From Tubiluchus corallicola (Eukaryota > Animalia > Priapulida), in NCBI GenBank assembly GCA_030141605.1, contig JAQGDQ010000279.1, positions 124,001 through 188,000 of the forward strand: a stretch of 64,000 nt of DNA, given 5' to 3'. Below the pieces are notes generated by a model. That model had not been told where the DNA came from, ran no database searches, and worked only from the letters and a program-made list of their open reading frames with translations. This document shows positions 1-12,811 of the stretch, piece after piece. The translations under genes were made by a program, and so were the position numbers. Each line of letters begins with the position of its first letter. Position 1 is the stretch's first letter.

Positions 1-207
1 TTTCTTTTTTCCTGTGACTTTTTTTCCTCTGTGACTTTTTTCGTGTGATTTTTTTAAATGTGACTTTATTACCTAGATTCTTTATAGTTACTAGCTTAAA
101 GTTTAAATTCCGAATATTTCGCGTTTATATCTTCTGAAGATCTTCTGAACATACAATACCTCTTTGGACAACTTTTAGTTTCGAAATCAATACTTACAGA
201 CCTATTT

Positions 208-460
208 TACCAAAAACACGTTATTGATCTTATTGACGAGATAAAGTAAGTTATACTTTTTCTTACTTAGTGAAGAATGTGCTACGAATGCTCTGATTAT
301 TTTTTAAATTTTATTTAATGTTATCTAAACTTGTTTTATACGGCTTACCGTTAAAATGGCTGCACCTATTGGTCATCACGAGTTTAAATTTACACGTTTT
401 ATACAGCATTACTGCTAATACAAGCTCCGTATGCAATAAGACATCATGTATCGCTTTAAG
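208..460 (+). mobile_element. Truncated copy of the TTAA-flanked Kolobok-like non-autonomous repeat
   Basis: Shares internal sequence (GTGCTACGAATGCTCTGATTATTTTT...AAAATGGCTGCACCTA...GAGTTTAAATTT) with the copies at 12305, 29292, 32147 and 48021; left end missing. Confidence 0.65.
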
Positions 461-1893
461 TTTAATTTGATACAGCTGGCTTCAATGAAAACCCGTGCTT
501 ACAGTTTTAATTTTGCTCTACAACCAGCCTATTCTCAAAGCAATTATCAGGATCTCGAAATGTAATTATCGCAATGCAAACAATTCAAGTACAAAAATAC
601 ACGTGACGTATTTATGTTTTTCTTTATGTTTAATTTCTTCGCTTTGTTCGTTTGTTTGCTTGTTTGTTTGTCCTGCATGAGAACAGAACGAACGTTTATG
701 ATTTACAATAATTTCTGAAAACGAGAGATATTTAGTTAAAGAACCGTTAATTGTAATAAAACTCTTATACCAAAACATTAGGTGAAAAAACCGTATTAGC
801 ACTAGCAGTTTTACGTTACATTTCACGTAGAATTGAACAATCACGTAGAATTTTGTTTCCATTATTACTTCATTATTGCACTGTCATAATAATAAATACA
901 TTGAGGTTAAACGATCGTTTATAGATATGGTTTATAAATGCTGCCTAATTAATGATATCAGATGGTATTTGATTGCGTTTAAGCACTTATAGCGAAGCTA
1001 AAGTGTTGTCGTTTAATGACAAAGCTATCAGCATTTTTGAGCGCTGCCTCCCTTGCACTCTATACCTGCCTGCGTGGCTTACAAACAGTTTTAAACACTC
1101 ACCGTATCAAATGTTAGCTAATTTCATGTTATTCTGAAAGCTGCTTTTAAAAAAGCCTCTTTCTCTCAAGCAGCGTGACGAACGTTTCGGTTGAAACTTA
1201 TTTCACTGTTGCTGCAGATGGCTCCTTAATTAGCTGCGATTTTACTAAAATGCTCTGCCTCCCAGAACTTGTTCTTTGTAGAGGTTCTCTACCCCCATCT
1301 TGCGCTCCTACTGTAGCTCTGAATTCGGTTGTAGGGCCTACAGTTAAACGAGCTTGTGTTAAAATTTTAGGTGCTTCTATTGACTGTATCAACAATTATA
1401 CGTTACTTTTACAGAGAATATTGCTTTTGCTAATTATAACAGTGTTCAAAATTTGTGGAAATTTCGAATGAAAATTTGTGGAAAGCCTTACGTGGTAGTT
1501 ATAACGTGTCGAAAACTTTTTTTGTTACTGAAACAATTAAAATAGTGATTATTTTCCATTATAAGGTATCAATAATTTGATTGATTATACATAATTAATA
1601 AGTATATTCAGGTATTGGCTGAAGTCTTTTCTGTTTTAATTTGTCTAACGCCTGTTAAGTTCTACGTTTATGATGTATGACAACTGAGATTTCCTGGAAC
1701 ACTATTTGTTAATTAATTGCGTTTTATTTATTTCCTCTATTTCGTTTAACTTAACTTTGTGCTTCACTGAATAAACCTGTTTTGTACACTCCAGAAGCGC
1801 AGACTTGTTTAAGTTTATTTAATAGCGAAACGAAAACGTCTTTTTTTAAGTCTTTCATGTTCAAAAGATAGTGTGCAGTGCATAAATTATTCG

Positions 1894-2063
<170 letters not shown>

Positions 2064-4795
2064 GTCAGCAATATTCGTAACCAAGTAAAAGTTATTAACT
2101 TAATAGGAACCATTACTTTAATTTAATTACTAAGTCTGAATTAAGGTATCGTACAGGCATTACGGATGTTTTGCTTTTGCTATAGCAAATCATTCGTGGG
2201 AGCCTTGAATCACGTATAGCCAAATTTTACAGAAAGTAGTTTAGAACTGTTTAGCGTAAATACAGTCAAACGTTCATAGTTCGTGTAGGTATTTAAAAAT
2301 GTTCTTTACGTCTTTACACAAGCTACATAATGAGATTAAGACCTATAGTAATTAAATCTTACTTGAAAATTTTATTCAACAATTTTGTCGTTATTAAATT
2401 TAATCTGTTAAGACGGTTACCATACGATGAAATTAATCATAAACCAAGTCTAATTTGTTCTGTAAAAGATTCATGTGAAATAATTCATGCTGAAAACATG
2501 TGAGCTTAAATGTCTGTGTTTTGACTGCGATTTTTACACTCAAAGTGAAAAAAATGTTGATAACATGTGTAATAAAACAGAAATGCGTGTAAAAATATAG
2601 AAATACTTCCAATAGTACAAAATTAATCGCTGAAACTACTGACGTAATTTAATGAAGAAAAAATGAAATGAAAACGCAATTAATATCAAACTGACTATAT
2701 TTTTTATTTTTTATTCCTAGTATATTTTTTGACTAAAATTTGATTTTTACAATTTTGATTGAATAGTAACACGAACACTTTTAACAAAGTATGACGCTAA
2801 CAGTATAACGGATAGAGCGCTAGAAATATTCTAAAAAACAAAAGGAATTTACATATTCTACGTGAAGCTAGAATAAGAATACTTTAATAATACTCTATAT
2901 ATATATATATAAGTATAACAGGCAAATTTGATAATAATACTGTTTAGAATCACAATATTTCTGTATAACACCAATAAAATCAAATATATTCACATATTTA
3001 TACGATATATACAAATAATATTGTTTTTATTTACAACAGTAAACGTGCACTCATAATTCTGAATAATAAGCTGATTGAAAATCTTTTTGAAATTATGCAA
3101 AAACTAATAATTTTTTTACAATAATTTTTCATTGTTCAATATGGACACTTAATGCGTCACATTTAGCAATGTAAAAACACATAATATTGCTTTGTATATT
3201 TATCAGAAATAGAAAAGTTATAATAACAGCAGTAATTGGAATTAACGTGTCAGTATCAAGCCACGTTAAATCGATTGTAAGATCAGTTGCGCGCGCACCG
3301 AAGACCGAGAAATAGCATTTAATCGCTTATTAACGCTTCAATATTTCCGCAATATACGCCTAGCAATTCCTTTGAAGTTGTAGCAAATATTGGGCTTAAA
3401 TAATTATCCAGAAAATGTTTTAACCAGTTATTTGCAACTGTATAAAAATTCATTTTTACATTTTACAACTGCACTTAAGTTGACCCTTGTAATTATAATG
3501 GATAAATTTGCGCTTTTTCAATTTTATATTTTTTAGAAATCGAAACATTTAGAAACTAGGAAATTTTAATAAAAACTAGCGTTTTTTGCCTTACAAACAC
3601 CTACGGTTTGTATTAAAATAAACTGTTTAAAAATTTTAATAAGTCTTTTTGATTGCTGTAATTATTTTCACTTTAACAATTGATCAAAACGAGAATGAGT
3701 GAATATTTATCTGAATAAGCCTAACATGATAGAAATTCTAATATTTCTTTTCTTTGTCTGACATTTCTCACGTAAACAGCATTACGGACCCAAACCACAT
3801 TGAACATATCAATAGTAAACTCAACTACTCTCAATATATAAATATTACATACACAGAAGCAGGGCTAATTCCATATTTATCCTAACATGGTCGGGTCTAG
3901 GAGACCTCTAAAGTGATTACGTTGATTCGGTGCTACATTCTGCTACAACAACACGTTAAATATTTACTGTGTTGAGCGACTTTCAGTTTTCCTATCCGCA
4001 CTAACAGTATCAATAATGGTTTGCTTTTTAACTTGGGAATTTTGTTTTGGGCCTACGTGTATTTGCCACACGCTAAGTTATAATTTTTTAAATAACTTCG
4101 TTCATACAGCAAAAGCATTATTTAAATTTAGAAAACGTTCTAATTTTTTTCTGGTAGAAAAGAAGTGCAAAATTTCGCTTTTTCTGTTATAAGTAAAGTA
4201 CAGCTCAATATTTAATTTAACGTGAAAACAAAATTTAAAATAATCTAATAGCAAATTCTTGGCTGTAAAGTATACATGTACACACAAATTTCGTGTATTA
4301 AAATAATTATAGCAAAGGCTTGAGATTTAATGCTTTGGTTTGTTAGAATTTTAAAATTCCAGTTTTACTGATTAATAATAGAGACATTTGATCCCTAATT
4401 TAACATAGGATTATAATGCCTAATTAAAAAAATCAACTGTCTTTTTGCATGTATAACGTTTGACTGTGGCTAGGTATTATAATAAATTATTTTCAAACTT
4501 TTACATTCAATGCACAGAATTACTATAATACATCGACATTCTAAAATTCTAATTTACCTCAAATACTTTTATCAATAAATAATGGATCAGACTGATTGGG
4601 CAAGTCTGTCTGTCAAAACAAAATGTCTGCTTACCGTTTCTAGGCCTTCCCCCTAATTTGTTTACGCCGCATCTTTTACAATATTGACAATACTTGTTAT
4701 TGTTTACAAGGTAATGCTGATATGATCATCACAGAAATTTATCATAATTTATGCACAGTCATTTCTGCACCAGCTACTGTCAACACATGCACTGA

Positions 4796-6085
4796 TCATT
4801 TCAAAGTTTCAGTATCTTTGGCACTGGTGGAAGCCTTATTATTGTAAGAGCGAGCTAAAATCTTACTGAACGTTTGCTGCCACTTTTCTGCTGTCGATGG
4901 TGGTGTGACGACGTCCACGTCTTCATCTGGTGACTCTGCTCGGGGGTCAGGTATTGTGCCACCCCCGTGGAAGCTACTGGCTGTCGATGGTGTCCTCCAT
5001 AATGAGGTGAAAGCAGAATTGGGCGAGTGCCAAAGTCCAGTTGGCAGAGATGGTGCCCAGACGAATCCGCCATTTTCATACGCTACCAATGTTGGCCTGA
5101 TGACTCCCATAGACTCTGCGCCAACACGCGGAATGAGGACATCCTCTGGTGAAACAGATCTTATATCGGGTTTTTTAATGTCACTAGATGGCAGTGCTAA
5201 ATCGCCACGCTTCTTCTCCGTATCTGGTGCAAGGAGACTTTCCATGTCAAATTGTCTCTTCCGACTGGGAACAATCGGACTGCAAGCCGGAGGAGACATT
5301 GTAGGAGAAAGGAGTGGCATCCCGTTGCTACGCGACTCCTCTTCCGACAAGACAAATTCAGACTTGCTTGAACCTGCCGTGTTTGGGCAACTGCTACTAC
5401 CAAGCGTTAGATACTCCTCCATCTTTTTCTTCCACTGTAAAACAGTTGGTGACACGGGACCCGGAGGAGTGTCGTCATCTTCGTCGTCATCAGGTACACT
5501 CAAGCCCATGTACTTTCTGACCTTCCGCTGCGCTCGACGTCTGCGGAAGTCACCGCGGGCAAAGTCTTCGATGTTCGCCGGATGAATAGCCCAGAAATGT
5601 CCTTTGCCATTGGCACTTCTACCAGCCTTGATGAAGCAGTCATTCAAAGACAGGTTATGGCGAATGCTGTTACGCCAACCCGGTCCTCTTGCTCTAAAAT
5701 AAGGATAATTGTCCAAGATGTACTGGTAGATGTCGCTGAGAACCATCTTCTTGTCCGATGAGCTCATGATGGCCATTCCGATCAGGCCGATGTAACTCTG
5801 ACTCGGTTTCGGTTCCTCGTGCAAGAATCTGGCTCGAGGATCATGTGGTGCTAAGCCGATGAAACCGTGAGGATATTCTTGCCCTGGAGCTGCATATGGG
5901 TGCATGGGTGACGAGAAGGCTAACCCATAACGCAAGCGAGCTGTGTAATCGTACAGCTGAGCTCTATGATAATCAAACGCCGGTAATGCGTGTCTCATGA
6001 TCGGATTATAGACGATAGATTCGGCTAAGCTGGAAGGTTTCATACCGTACGGCGCCGGCAATCTACTAGCCTCGTTATTGCACAT
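4796..6085 (-). CDS. FoxQ2: Forkhead transcription factor FoxQ2 (fd102C-like), single exon, 429 aa
   Basis: Forkhead domain EEPKPSQSYIGLIGMAI...GWRNSIRHNLSLNDCFIKAGRSANGKGHFWAIHPANIEDFARGDFRRRRAQRKVRK is typical of FoxQ2; eh1-like FDMESLL lies C-terminal to it. Confidence 0.95.
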   Translation of the reverse strand: MCNNEASRLPAPYGMKPSSLAESIVYNPIMRHALPAFDYHRAQLYDYTARLRYGLAFSSPMHPYAAPGQEYPHGFIGLAPHDPRARFLHEEPKPSQSYIGLIGMAIMSSSDKKMVLSDIYQYILDNYPYFRARGPGWRNSIRHNLSLNDCFIKAGRSANGKGHFWAIHPANIEDFARGDFRRRRAQRKVRKYMGLSVPDDDEDDDTPPGPVSPTVLQWKKKMEEYLTLGSSSCPNTAGSSKSEFVLSEEESRSNGMPLLSPTMSPPACSPIVPSRKRQFDMESLLAPDTEKKRGDLALPSSDIKKPDIRSVSPEDVLIPRVGAESMGVIRPTLVAYENGGFVWAPSLPTGLWHSPNSAFTSLWRTPSTASSFHGGGTIPDPRAESPDEDVDVVTPPSTAEKWQQTFSKILARSYNNKASTSAKDTETLK

Positions 6086-6099
6086 TGCACGCTCGCAGC

Positions 6100-6330
6100 C
6101 GTACCTCTCCTGACAAACTGGACAAAGCTTTGTTTCAGTTTGTTTAAATCATCCATTGGTTAAAACTTTGTGCGATAAATATGCGGGCAGTAGAACTGGA
6201 CGCCTAGAGGCCGTGCCTACCGGGCGGCTAACTGTTCGCTGATTGGCCACTGCGGCTGCGCACTCGGCTGTTGACGCAAACTTGATTATCCTCTAATGCG
6301 CTCACATTTAATGGCATTTATCGCCGCTAA
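6100..6330 (-). promoter_or_regulatory. Putative FoxQ2 proximal promoter
   Basis: GC-richer stretch just upstream of the ATG, with CCAAT boxes on - (ATTGG at ~6155 and ~6242 on +) and a GGGCGG box at ~6222. Confidence 0.45.
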
Positions 6331-7399
6331 CACGATATTTTCTTGTTGTAGGAAACACAAACTGTAAATGGTTTATGCACTACAGGTGACTTCAGCTGAC
6401 GAATGTTGCTTTTTGCGCCGAGGACTAAAATAAAGGCGCAATTATGAAATTAGCGCGCCAGCGATAATGATGACAAGTCTTTCCACATCAAAGACGCGGT
6501 CCGTGAAATGTTTGCAGTTAATAACCGACAAATCATAAACTGGAACAATAACTCAGATAATTTGTTCTTTTGAAATTCTTTGTATTGAGAAAACTCCTGT
6601 TACCTTCGTGACTGTAAGAAAGTATTTTCAGACAACATTAGAATTAGTTGTTATATCCAACGGCTGCCTGTTTTTAACGTAAGCGTGCTTGTGAAGGTAA
6701 ACAGCATCGGGTCTGGTTAGTAAATGGATGGATGGTACTATCGGGAAATAGCATCTGGGTGATTCCAACATGCTGTATCTGGGTTTTGTTTTCAAGGAGC
6801 CAGAATAGCATTATTTTTGAAATTTAATTATGTTTCAGTTCTGCCACACCAACGAACCGAAATGGACCTGTCACGATTCAAAACGTGCAATAGTTTAATA
6901 TTCGCACCCTTCGTTAACTGGAATATTATCTTACATACAATAATTATAACAGGCCCTTTCTGGACAAAGCACAGTGAAAACTGAACGAGAAATTGGTTGG
7001 CGATTATTTAGACACCTTTGGTGAAAATTAGTCACAATAACGTTGATTTAATAAAAAGTAAAAATTTCACTTGTTATGTTCACTATACACTGTAAAGGTA
7101 ACTTGTATTATTTTTAACCAGAATAATTTACAAATATAAATTTTATATCTAATCATCAAATTTAAGAGACAGATTTCCCGCCTGATAACTTAAACAATCT
7201 TAATCTTAATACACAAATTTCTACTTTGCAATTTTATATGAAAACTGTTTATTTAGTGTCTTGTTATAATAGACGTACTAACACCTCACAAAAAGTTATT
7301 ACAGGTAAAAATGAATGGCTGTAGTTTATTTGTAGTGGTATTTTACGAGCGTCACATTAGTTGCTCCGTCACAGTAGGTCCCTACCAAAGTAATGTAAT

Positions 7400-7860
7400 T
7401 GATGATGGTACAAACTAACAATTATTTATATCAAACGTGAAAGACAGGAAATGTGGAAAAGTTGGAATACAGCCTGGATTTGAACCAGGGATCTTCTACT
7501 TACAACGCAAATGCCTTAGACAATTAGGCCGCTGCATTGTTGTATTTCTATAGTTGATTAATTGTTCAAGAAAATTTCAGGCTTAAAAATAATTAAATTA
7601 AGAAATTGATTTAATTACTTAGAATCGATGTAATAAGGACAACTTGGAAAAGTTTGAATTTTTTTGGCCATCTATAAAGTTCATATGACAAAGTTTAGAC
7701 TGCCTTGATTGTTGAGAAATACTGTGGCCTAGTGAGTGGCCTAAGGTATCTACAATGTAAGCGAGTGATCCCTGGTTTAAATCCTGGCTGCATTCCAAAT
7801 TTTTCACTTTTTGTCTTTTAAGTTTGTACCAAAATTTGATTAATTGTGAATTTGTAACAT
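7400..7860. mobile_element. Foldback element with two inverted tRNA-like arms (copy 1)
   Basis: 7440-7535 is an imperfect reverse complement of 7723-7830; B-box-like GGTTYAAATCC at 7476-7486 (-) and 7774-7784 (+); homologous to 62990-63390. Confidence 0.65.
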
Positions 7861-9234
7861 GATTAATAATAATCTTGATATTGAGATTGTAATAATTAAT
7901 TAGTATGTTAAATGAGCTTATATCCTTTTGTGAAATTTGTTTGTTTGACTACAAGTTTACTTGTTTGCTTCTTTGCTTTGAACAAGGAACATACGACTTT
8001 GTTTGTCTCAAAGTGTTTGTTTTATTCCTTTAAGCATTTTTTCTCTACTTGCCATGCAGAAAATGTAATCTCAAGAGCCATTGAAAGTGATCTATGCTAA
8101 CGTCCCAATGAATATTATTTGCCTTTTATAATTAAGGTTATTTTCAGATTATATGGACAATTATGACTTCATCTCTCGTCATGCCGCATCACAATTAGCT
8201 TCAATGTCTACAACTGACGTCAAAGTTTGGGCATAATACTCTGTACACAAATACATTGATGGTCCAATATTCAGAAATTAGGCGTATTTTTCCAAATTAG
8301 CTGCAGTTCCCACGCGCGAGCTAGCAACCCCCATCCTCCGCTGACTGCAGCCAATAATTACACCCACTGTGGCTTGGGAAACAGCCAAATCCATTTAGTC
8401 CCCATTGTCTATTCCAAGGAGGCGATTTTTGTCTGAGTTTTCATAATTACCGTCTACTAATTGGTGCTAATTGCGTGAGTGTGTTATTGCGCACACAAAC
8501 TATGCACTGGATGAAGTTATTGACAGCTCAGCTGAAAGGTACGGCTGGGTAAGCGCCAGCAGGTTGCTTATCAGAACAAATCGCTGCCTGTCAGCCACCC
8601 ACTTGGTCTGAAGAGTATTGTTTACCCGGGGGAGGTGTCAAACCCTGCTTATGCACACTGTTAGGATTCACCGCGAGAGTTTTACTGAATGGTCTCTCCT
8701 CGCCTCCCCGCCTACTGGTTATTTGCCACAAACACTGAATAGAGAAGGGCCCTTGTTTAGTGTGTCCACTCATCAGTGACTGGGTGGAGAAGTACTCTTC
8801 TTTACATGTCTGCTCAGTCAGTGACTGGTGTGTGGCGATGCTGTTGTTGTGAGCTGCTGATGCGTGATGTTAATGATGGTGGTGCGATGGCAGCTTGGTT
8901 GGGTCAGCTTCGGCTCTCTGGGGGAGATGGTCTGCGAGCGATAAGAGGGGTTAGAGTTAGAGTTAAAAGTGTATATCTGCCTGCTCCAAAGGCTAATTAC
9001 TCCTGTACATAAAACTTCTCTAAAATTTAATGCAAGTTTTGTATTTTCTTAAACAGCGTAGTTTCTAGATTTTAGTTAAATGACTAACAGCCATCAGAAG
9101 AATTTTGCTAAATGCTACCTGATAATGCAACAAGTTTTATAAATTAGCTAAATGCAGCAGTCCCGAGCCCAATAAACTAGCCTGCCAAGCAATCTCAATT
9201 ATCTCATTCTTTGTTAGTAATTATGTAAGTTTAT

Positions 9235-9378
9235 TCTTTCATTCATTCGTTCGTTTCATTCATTCATTCGTTCGTTGGTTCGCTCGTTCGTTCATTCATT
9301 CATTCATTCGTTTGTTCGTTCGTTCGTGCGTGCGTGCGTGCGTTCGCTCGTTTGTTTATTCACTCATTCATTCATTCA
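9235..9378. repeat. (TTCA/TTCG)n tetranucleotide array
   Basis: Directly visible. Confidence 0.9.
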
Positions 9379-9939
9379 CATTTGTTTAACAAATGCATTT
9401 GCTTCACAGATTCATGCACTAAAATTTTACATCTGTAATATAATAACTTGGATAGCCTAGATTCTGAATATAGTATAAAGCTACAAACTAAATTTGGTAC
9501 CTTGAATCTAAGCCCAGGCTAGCAATTTGGATTCAGTCAGCACCATTAGCGCATGTGTACTAGATACACTCACTTTACACCTGGTGTTCAATAAACTATT
9601 GATTTTAATGACGTTCGTGACCCCTTACCCTTAACTTCATGGTCATTCTTTCCCTGCAAGAAGTTTTGTCTACAACTAGCAACTTGTGTGTTGAGGGTGT
9701 CGAGAGTGGCAGCGTTTCAATGTAAAGCCAACAGTGGGTGTTTGCTGTTTGCCTGGTGGAAGCAGTGTTGAGCCGTGTCAGCACGTGACACACTTGTGTA
9801 TGCTTGTAATTAGCCTGTAAGTAATTGAGGAAGCAATGAAAAAATTAATTAGTTATATAATTATTGTGCAACGTAATTCCACGCGCAAGTCTAATTAAAA
9901 TTTACTTTGAATTTGATTACTACTGTAATTTCGAATTGA

Positions 9940-10700
9940 GGATAGAATGATTGAATGAGTGTGTGAATGCAGGAGAAAATAAATAGACAAGTGAACGAAC
10001 CAGGAAAAGAAATAAATAAATAAGGAAAGAAAGAAAAAAAGCGAATGATGAATGATTGAAAGAATGAATGACTGACTGACTGAGTGACTGATTGACTGAC
10101 TGACTGACTGACTGACTGACTGACTGAATGAATGAATGAAAGCTTGAATGAATGAAAGAATGAACTGACGAATTAATGAATGAATGCTTGAATGAATGAA
10201 TGAATGAATGAATGAATGAATGAATGAATGAATGAATGAATGATTGAATGAATGAATGAATGAATGAATGAATGAATGAATGAATGAATGAATGAATGAA
10301 TGAATGAATGAATGAATGAATGAATGAATGAATGAATGAATGAATGAATGGACGAATGAATGAGACAATTAAAGGAATAAAAAGTAAGAGAAAAAATTAA
10401 AGAAACACAGAAAAAAGAATGAACGTATGAACGAACGAATGAACAAAGCAATTAAAGAAATAAAAAGCAAAAGAAATAATGAAAGAAAGAACGAATAAAA
10501 GAATGAACGTATGAACGAAAGAATGACCGAACGAACGAATGAATGAGTGATAAAATAAATGAATGAATGACTGATTAAATAAATAACTAGCAGATGGACA
10601 AGCAAATAAATGAATAATTGAATGATTGGCTGAGCGACTAAACAAGTGGACAAATAAATTGTGCAAGAAAGCAAGTTGACAAATGAATGAGTAAATATGC
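9940..10700. repeat. (TGAA)n/(TGAC)n compound tetranucleotide array with degenerate flanks
   Basis: Directly visible; explains the HSFI-repeat ORFs. Confidence 0.95.
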
Positions 10701-11490
10701 AGAAAAAGAAACAAACAAACAAGCGAAAAACATACATGAGAAGAGAGAAAAATTTGTAACATTTGTACAAAATCTATATGCAGGTACATTTTCTTTATGA
10801 TTAAGGAGTAAGGATTTAGCTGAGGAGACAAGATGTATGTTTGATTATAAACTCAAGCAACCCTAGGCTTAGGTAACAAATGGATGGTTCGCCACCTTCA
10901 CTACCAATTCTCTCATTCTTGAAGATTTATAAACATTTCAGTGTGTAGCCATTTGAGTGCCCTACAGAATTGTGCTTGAAAACGAGCATGAGTTCCGGTC
11001 CCCCAAATCATCCACATCAAGCTGATTGTAGCGTTAATTGCTGAGATGTGTTTAGAAAAGTAATCCTGAAATAGCTTCGACGTAAAGTTTGATATTTTCT
11101 TCGTCATCCTCTGTATTTTCCAGGAACAGTAATATATCATGTCCGCATTTAGCAAATGCGCTTATAGTCAAGCCTCACAAAGTTTGCTTTGAATAATATT
11201 TACCAGTAAGTTAAGCCAGTAAGATTTGTGAGGCCATATTATGTCAGTGTGCAATATATATAACCATGTACTTTTATCTGTAGTAATAGGATTTGTATGG
11301 GTAGATATTATATCTTGGTAAACAGCTTATAATAGTGCAATATAGCAGTGTGACGTACAGTGGATCTCTTATGTTAGACGTGATATAAATAAGGTAAGCT
11401 TATTAATGTTGAGCTTATAATATCATGTGTTGTATCATCTTGCAACAACCAGGGAAGGAAGCTTCATAAATGCTGCAGATTTTTAATACA

Positions 11491-11710
11491 AAACATTCAG
11501 TGTTTGGGAGGGTGTGCGTTTTGACTACTGAGACATGTCCAAGATTTCGCGAACAGAGCTGCAAACGTTCAGTGTTTGAGAAGATGTGCGTTTTGACCAC
11601 TGAGACATGTCCAAAATTTCGCGAGCAGAGCTGCAAACGTTCAGTGTTTGGGAAGATGTGCGTTTTGACCACTGAGACATGTCCAAGATTTCGCGAACAG
11701 AGATGCAAAA
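11491..11710. repeat. 72-bp minisatellite, about 3 copies
   Basis: TTCAGTGTTTG recurs at 11496, 11568 and 11640; units are nearly identical. Confidence 0.92.
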
Positions 11711-12304
11711 TTTGAGACCTTCAAAGGTTGATGATGACGGAAGCAATTAGTCAATAAAAGGTTCTAAACACTCAATTAGAAAAATGCCAGCCGAACCATC
11801 AATTTTATAAATTTTGTGTTATTTGCATTGTAGATTTTAAATGACCTTTTACCCATTACCTACTAATCGCTTTTGCCACCACCCCCCTCCGTGAGAACAT
11901 AGTCCACGGAGGCGTTGATGATTATGATGACTTGGCACTAGACATACCCGTACTAACAAATTTCTGACAGTAACCTACAACATCAAGATCGTTTCCCGCA
12001 TTATCCACTTTTTATGCGCCAATGTTAACTATGGCGTATTTGTATTACAAGGATAAAACTCGTTATTGCTGTCTCAGGTACACACGTCCGAGTTTGATTA
12101 AATTGCCGAAAATCCTCTTTACCTGGAGACTGATTAATCAGAGCCAAGCCGCCAAATCCCGTCATTATATTTGTCTAAATCTAGTTGCAGCAAATCGTTA
12201 TAAACATGTTATTCTTTGCATTGAAACAGCGAATGTCTAAAAATCACTAGCAACCAATACTGATCCTAAAACGAAAAAAAGCATAGATGAAAATTTTAGT
12301 TTAA

Positions 12305-12811
12305 AGCACAAGAAAACACTCTTCATAAATAAAGCTTAAAAATTCTCCTTGAAATTTTGTATCTATATATTGCCTTATTATGCAGAGAGCTTGCATTAGC
12401 ATCAACGATGCATAATACTAGTAAATTTAAACTCCGACGATGATCGTTAGGTGCAGCCATTTTGACGGTGAGTCGTTTCGAAACACGTTTAGAGTTTAGA
12501 AATCATTGCATAAAGCTTGAAAAAATAATCAGGGCGTTCGTAGCGCACTCTTCGCTAGCTTAGCAAAAGTTTAAATTACTTTATATAAACAATGAAATCA
12601 ATAATATGTTTTTGGTGTATCAGTGGTGCACACTGGGATGACGATGCAGTGACGCTTTACCAGGTGGTGCGAATATTTTAAATTATTAAAAATTTTCTTT
12701 TCTGGTTACACGAGTCTTTCAAGCAGGCAAGCGTAATGCTAAGTAATATAACTTTGTGTGGGAAGTTTATTAAGCATATTTTACAATTTTACAATTCCAT
12801 TTTCTTTCCCT
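12305..12811 (-). mobile_element. Kolobok-like non-autonomous element, TTAA TSD
   Basis: TTAA at 12301-12304 and 12812-12815; ends AGCACAAGAAAA / TTTTCTTTCCCT; interior homologous to four other copies. Confidence 0.75.

Noticed and set aside
2262-4466. 13-bp inverted repeat ACAGTCAAACGTT suggesting a 2.2-kb pogo element
   Set aside because: The right flank is not TA, similarity stops at 13 bp and there is no transposase trace
4855-5585. 226-aa antisense ORF and short alternative-frame ORFs over FoxQ2
   Set aside because: Shadows of a GC-richer coding exon; no motifs of their own
7723-7800. Functional tRNA gene
   Set aside because: Could not fold a full cloverleaf or assign an anticodon; copies diverge and sit in repeat arms
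9895-10831. HSFI-repeat hydrophobic ORFs
   Set aside because: Translation of (TGAA)n arrays
11491-11710. CRISPR-like periodicity here and at 49531-49685
   Set aside because: No unique spacers, no cas genes, eukaryotic context; these are plain tandem repeats
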